A stretch of 20,493 bases of DNA from Leptospiraceae bacterium (GTDB lineage: Bacteria > Spirochaetota > Leptospiria > Leptospirales > Leptospiraceae): NCBI GenBank assembly GCA_035339655.1, contig DAOQIR010000030.1, positions 1 through 20,493 on the forward strand, in the 5' to 3' direction. A program made the translations under genes and the position numbers. Positions 16,404-20,493 of the stretch are shown here, piece by piece. The notes under the pieces were generated by a model. The model did no database searches. It was not told the DNA's origin and worked only from the letters and a program-made list of their open reading frames with translations. How positions within the stretch are numbered: position 1 is the first letter of the stretch; each line of letters opens with the position of its first letter.

Positions 16404-17990
16404 CTACCAGACCAGTTTTTCGCCAAGAAGAAGTCTTTCCAGATTGCTCTTTGTTCTTGGATTCGGTTCAGTTTCAGACAGCTTTTTTACTGCCAGCTGA
16501 ATCTCTTCACTCCAGTTTTCCCTGCCCCATTTTCCCAAAGTCTGCACGCACATATTTCTTGTTCTTGTGACAGGAGCCTGAAGTCCGGCAAGAATCAGTT
16601 TCTCGCCTTTCCCCGAAAAGCTCCCTAAGTAAGTAATAATATATTCTATACAGATAAAATACTGATAGTCTTCACTGAATCCTACTACATCTGCGGGTCC
16701 GGAAGCTATCTTGTCCAAAGGCAGTGTCTTAAGAGCCAATGCAGTCAGTTCATCCGAAAATTCCGGCGGAGCTGTATTCACGGCATCATACCAAAGAGCC
16801 GTACTTTCCGGATTTTCCTTAAGAAGTGCCCAAAGCTTGTCCCAGTAAGCAATTCCAAGAATGGATGCCGTCATTTTCCCCTGGTTGAACACAGCAAAAA
16901 GTCGGCTGTTCAGTGCATCCTCTGTTTTCCTTTTCCATTCCGGTTTTTTCATAACTGTGTTTATGTCGATAAGGCAGTCTGCAATATTGTCCTGATTCCA
17001 GCCATTTTTTTCATGGCCCTGCAGGTTATCCCTGATTTCCTCAAGAAAATCCTTTATGGAATTCAATACAATGAAATCCTGCAGTTCATCGGCCATAAGA
17101 ACTGAATGCCTGATATACTGCTCAACTGTCCTGGATGCAAATTCATAATCGGACATATCTTCTGCCGGCCCGCCGGATATCAGCCCATCTATAATCTCTC
17201 CCGCCGATTCAAAGAGTCCTCTGTCGATTTTAGGAGCACAAAGTCTCTCATACAGTTTTCCGTGAACTGCTGCAATGTATGTCAGATACTCATACATTAT
17301 ATTGTTCTTATATCCCTCACGGACAAGCCAGTCTTCTGTTTCGGGAGAGCACAGAATATCGGCCAGCCTCTGAACACTCTGTATTCTGCCCCAGCCCTCT
17401 GCTTTTTTTGCCATTTCCCAGAGATCCCTTTCCATATTCCCGGAAATTTTCATCACAGCCACTGATGCAAACAGAGTAAATTCGTCATGAAGTCCAAGTA
17501 TTTTTATTTCTTCCAGATTATCTTCACTTTTACAGTAGCCTAAAAGCGCGATTCCGAACTTCACTGCATTTCTTTCAGCAGAACGGAAAGCAAAATCCGC
17601 CGCAATTATACTCAGGTTCCCGTTCAGTTTAAAACTGTCTTCATCAAGTTTTGCAAGAACTCTGTCAATAATTGAAATGACATTGTATTTATGACATATA
17701 TTATCGTACAGCTTATTCTCGCATTCATCATCTCCGACAGCAGCACGAAATATCAGATCGGAAATCTCAGCAAGTTCTTCCTCCGAAAGTTCAGTATCAG
17801 TGCTTCCAAAAACAGCATCAGCCATTCCCGGCGCATATCGAAGCCCCCCTTCCGTCCTTATTTCGTCCGGCAGTTCCATTCCCGACTCTTTCAACTTTCC
17901 TTCAGAATCCAGACTGTTGACTATAAAATTATATATGGATTCATCTGTTTTCCAGTTCACAATCTTTTCTCCATCAGAGATGCCGGTCAA
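16404..17990 (-). CDS. Hypothetical cytoplasmic protein (528 aa), alpha-helical, no recognisable domain
   Basis: Long ORF with coding-like composition, no signal peptide and no TM segments. It lies 62 nt upstream of the membrane-protein gene and 110 nt downstream of the HExxH gene, all on the - strand, so the three may be one operon. Confidence 0.6.
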   Translation of the reverse strand: MTGISDGEKIVNWKTDESIYNFIVNSLDSEGKLKESGMELPDEIRTEGGLRYAPGMADAVFGSTDTELSEEELAEISDLIFRAAVGDDECENKLYDNICHKYNVISIIDRVLAKLDEDSFKLNGNLSIIAADFAFRSAERNAVKFGIALLGYCKSEDNLEEIKILGLHDEFTLFASVAVMKISGNMERDLWEMAKKAEGWGRIQSVQRLADILCSPETEDWLVREGYKNNIMYEYLTYIAAVHGKLYERLCAPKIDRGLFESAGEIIDGLISGGPAEDMSDYEFASRTVEQYIRHSVLMADELQDFIVLNSIKDFLEEIRDNLQGHEKNGWNQDNIADCLIDINTVMKKPEWKRKTEDALNSRLFAVFNQGKMTASILGIAYWDKLWALLKENPESTALWYDAVNTAPPEFSDELTALALKTLPLDKIASGPADVVGFSEDYQYFICIEYIITYLGSFSGKGEKLILAGLQAPVTRTRNMCVQTLGKWGRENWSEEIQLAVKKLSETEPNPRTKSNLERLLLGEKLVW

Positions 17991-18100
17991 AAATGAACCA
18001 GCGCCAGATCGTCACGGTAAGGAAAAAAACCTGGACAGACCGTCATTCTTGGGTGCAAACTCTCTGTATTTCGCTCAGAATGACTTTATTATGCAGTCAT

Positions 18101-19189
18101 CTAAGATTCCACCTGTGTCATTTGAACCCAGGGTTCATACTTCTGGTTTACATCATACAGAATATAAGCTTGTCCTGATTTTTTCGGAACTGTAATGCCT
18201 GTGTGAATAAATTTTCCATCCAGATAGTAATAATTTGCATCCGTTCCGGTTTCCCAGTATTCTTCCTCTTCCTCTGACTCATTGTCGTAATGCCTCCATT
18301 GGATAAGATTGTCATCTTCATTCAGCCGAATTCGCGTGAGTTCTCCAGCTTCATAGGAATATTTGAGCAGTTCTTCTTCGGTCTCGACGGAAAGATTTCC
18401 ATCATCATCAAAATGATGATAAGTATTCATGATAAATTTCAGCTTTGTCCTGTTGAAAGGCTGCGTGATTTCCTCATACCAGTCTTCCGGCTCATCGTGC
18501 CACCCAATCAGAAATGCAGTGTAGTCGGAAACTGCAGAATTCTCCACATCGTTCTGGTAGGCACACATCACTTCATTTTCACACCGCTCTTTTGAAGCTT
18601 CTTCTGCCTCTTTTCCGGCCTCATCCCCGGCGACATTGTAAAGGTCCATTGCACTGTAGGCGTGAAGAGTCTCATGTGCCACGACGAAGGAATTGATTTT
18701 CCCGTTGTTCTTGAAAACCATATTGAGCTCGAGAAACTTTACTTCATCATCAATCGGACAAGTGGTCATATAGGATCTGTCATCTGCATTCAGCAGCATC
18801 AGAAAATGAACGCTGTAATCCGCATAACCCTCAATTATACTCTGATAAAAGTCGGTCACTGACTCATAGCCAAGTTCAATACAGGCATCATTCACGGCCT
18901 TGTTTTTTTTCTTCGCATTATCAGCCAGACGCGGAAGTCTGTCAATAATGGCATCTCCTGCCTCATCTTCGCTTTCTTCTTCGAGATTGACCGGAAGCAG
19001 TTCGAAACTGAGATCCACCTCATACTCTTCGGCCTGCTTCGTCAGCCAGTTCATCGCTTTTTCCACCTCCGCCCAGGTGGATTTTTTTTCCTTCACTGAC
19101 CACACATTATCGCCTTCTGAAATGAAAGCACCGATCACAAGGCAATTGCCTTTGAGTTTTTTTGCTGTTCCGCCCCAAATTGTCTGCAT
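18101..19189 (-). CDS. Acidic cytoplasmic protein with HExxH zinc-metallopeptidase-like motif (362 aa)
   Basis: VVAHETLHAYSAMDLY contains H-E-x-x-H. The protein is very acidic (runs such as ESEEEEEYWE and EEESEDEAGD), has no signal peptide, and was not assignable to a specific peptidase family by eye. Confidence 0.55.
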   Translation of the reverse strand: MQTIWGGTAKKLKGNCLVIGAFISEGDNVWSVKEKKSTWAEVEKAMNWLTKQAEEYEVDLSFELLPVNLEEESEDEAGDAIIDRLPRLADNAKKKNKAVNDACIELGYESVTDFYQSIIEGYADYSVHFLMLLNADDRSYMTTCPIDDEVKFLELNMVFKNNGKINSFVVAHETLHAYSAMDLYNVAGDEAGKEAEEASKERCENEVMCAYQNDVENSAVSDYTAFLIGWHDEPEDWYEEITQPFNRTKLKFIMNTYHHFDDDGNLSVETEEELLKYSYEAGELTRIRLNEDDNLIQWRHYDNESEEEEEYWETGTDANYYYLDGKFIHTGITVPKKSGQAYILYDVNQKYEPWVQMTQVES

Positions 19190-19294
19190 AATGGCTGATT
19201 ATATACGTCTCTTTTAACAGTCAAGCAGTGAATTTGAGGAAAAGCAGTTGACTCTAAATGAGCAGGATTTTTGATTTAGGAAGGAAGGATTCTC

Positions 19295-19735
19295 ATGAAA
19301 AATATACTCGTAGCCATCAATTTTGAAGACAAGGAGTCCTCTGTTCTTCTGAAAAAAGCTGTCGAAATTTCCGAAAAATTCGGCTCCAAAATCTGGATTG
19401 TTCATATTGCAATGCCCAATCCCGAATTCATCGGTTATGATGTCGGTCCTCAGCACGTCAGGGATTTCAGGGCAAAGGAACTGAAAAAAGAGCACAAAAT
19501 CATCCTCAAGCATCTGGATGATCTGAGAGCAAAAAATATTGAGTGTGACGGATTCCTGATTCAGGGAGCTGCTACCGATGCAATTCTTAAAGAGTCCGAA
19601 AAACTGGGGATTGATCTGATTATCCTCGGTCATCATAAGCATGGCTTATTATATAAAATTTTCGTAAATGATGTGGACGGGGTGATCGTAAACGAATCCA
19701 AGGTTCCAGTTCTCATCATCCCTCTGGACAAATGA
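19295..19735 (+). CDS. Universal stress protein, UspA family
   Basis: GGAAGGAAGGA RBS. MKNILVAINFEDKESS… and the C-terminal GIDLIILGHHKHGLLYKIFVNDVDGVIVNESKVPVLIIP are typical UspA alpha/beta-fold motifs. 146 aa. Confidence 0.85.
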   Translation: MKNILVAINFEDKESSVLLKKAVEISEKFGSKIWIVHIAMPNPEFIGYDVGPQHVRDFRAKELKKEHKIILKHLDDLRAKNIECDGFLIQGAATDAILKESEKLGIDLIILGHHKHGLLYKIFVNDVDGVIVNESKVPVLIIPLDK

Positions 19736-19736
19736 A

Positions 19737-20493
19737 ATGAATCCGTTTCATCTGAACGGTCCCGAGTTTCTTGCTTTTTACACAGGGTTTGGGGCAGTTC
19801 TGCTTCTGATCTCCTTTATTATCAGATTCCTGAGAGAAAATGGGGACCTGCCCAAGGTTCCTCTGACTGATCCCTATCTATTCAGTATGCTTCGCGCGGG
19901 AGAAAAAGAAACAGTCCGTCTGGCAGTGGGTTCGCTTCTGCACAGGAACGCACTGGAAAATAATGGAAAAAACCTTCTCCGCAGCGATGCTCATATTACA
20001 CTAGAAGACAACCCTTTGGAAAAAGCAGTCCTTCATCATTTCTCTTTTGAAAAGGATGCATTCAGTGTGTTCACTGATCCTGATGTGCTTGCTGTATGCA
20101 GAAAATATGAAAATTCATTAAAAAGTCTTCAGCTCCTTCCGGACGAACAGATAAAGAACAGCAGAATGTCCGTTCTTCTCCTTTCACTGACAGCCCTGGT
20201 CGGACTTTCCGGCATAAGAATTGTGAGAAGCATTATGAATGGGCATACAAATGTACTTTTCCTGATTCTTCTTACAGTATTCTTTCTTGTTGTTTTTCTT
20301 CTGACCTCAAGTCCAAGACAGACAGTAAAAGGCAGAAGATTTCTAAAAGATCTTCAGAATACCTTGAACAGAGACAGAACTGTCTCTATGCATCCTGGAA
20401 CAGATTCAAGTCTTTACCTGGCTGCCGCTGTTCTCGGCATCGGTGCATTCGGGACAGAATTTGCATTTATGCAGGAACTCTATCCGAAATCCT
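19737..20493 (+). CDS. Membrane protein, 5' partial, TIGR04222-domain-like; continues beyond the window
   Basis: The ATG at 19737 overlaps the uspA stop (19733-19735). The open frame runs to the window end with at least 252 aa: MNPFHLNGPEFLAFYTGFGAVLLLISFIIRF…, with at least three hydrophobic helices. It is not in the ORF track because no stop occurs before the edge. The family assignment is from memory of TIGR04222 N-termini (…GPEFL.FY…) and is tentative. Confidence 0.55.
   Translation, partial: MNPFHLNGPEFLAFYTGFGAVLLLISFIIRFLRENGDLPKVPLTDPYLFSMLRAGEKETVRLAVGSLLHRNALENNGKNLLRSDAHITLEDNPLEKAVLHHFSFEKDAFSVFTDPDVLAVCRKYENSLKSLQLLPDEQIKNSRMSVLLLSLTALVGLSGIRIVRSIMNGHTNVLFLILLTVFFLVVFLLTSSPRQTVKGRRFLKDLQNTLNRDRTVSMHPGTDSSLYLAAAVLGIGAFGTEFAFMQELYPKS

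Noticed and set aside
18020-18040. Possible terminator between the HExxH gene and the 528-aa gene (A7 run on the + strand, T7 on the - strand)
   Set aside because: No convincing GC-rich hairpin precedes the T-run on the - strand. The genes are more likely co-transcribed, or separated by a weak terminator I cannot support.

Overview
Bacterial chromosomal window of about 20.5 kb with moderate GC. The loose lipoboxes and the protein families look spirochaete- or Leptospira-like, but the organism cannot be assigned from sequence alone. The window is rich in secreted, lipoprotein and eukaryote-like genes. From left to right it holds: a haem-binding-domain protein, a low-molecular-weight protein-tyrosine phosphatase and a pentahaem c-type cytochrome lipoprotein (+ strand); a 4HBT/YbgC-type thioesterase (- strand); two tandem paralogous vWA-domain (MIDAS DxSxS) lipoproteins on the - strand, the downstream copy broken by a single-nucleotide frameshift; a secreted hypothetical protein; an 840-aa full-length homologue of the eukaryotic Major Vault Protein (MVP); a secreted alpha/beta-hydrolase lipase; a CAP/PR-1/SCP protein; the outer-membrane lipocalin Blc; a run of three uncharacterised - strand genes (a large polytopic membrane protein, a 528-aa cytoplasmic protein and a 362-aa acidic HExxH protein); and finally a UspA gene overlapping the 5' part of a TIGR04222-like membrane protein that runs off the window. 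The MVP homologue is the standout. Several clean rho-independent terminators are visible. No rRNA, tRNA, CRISPR array or mobile element is evident.
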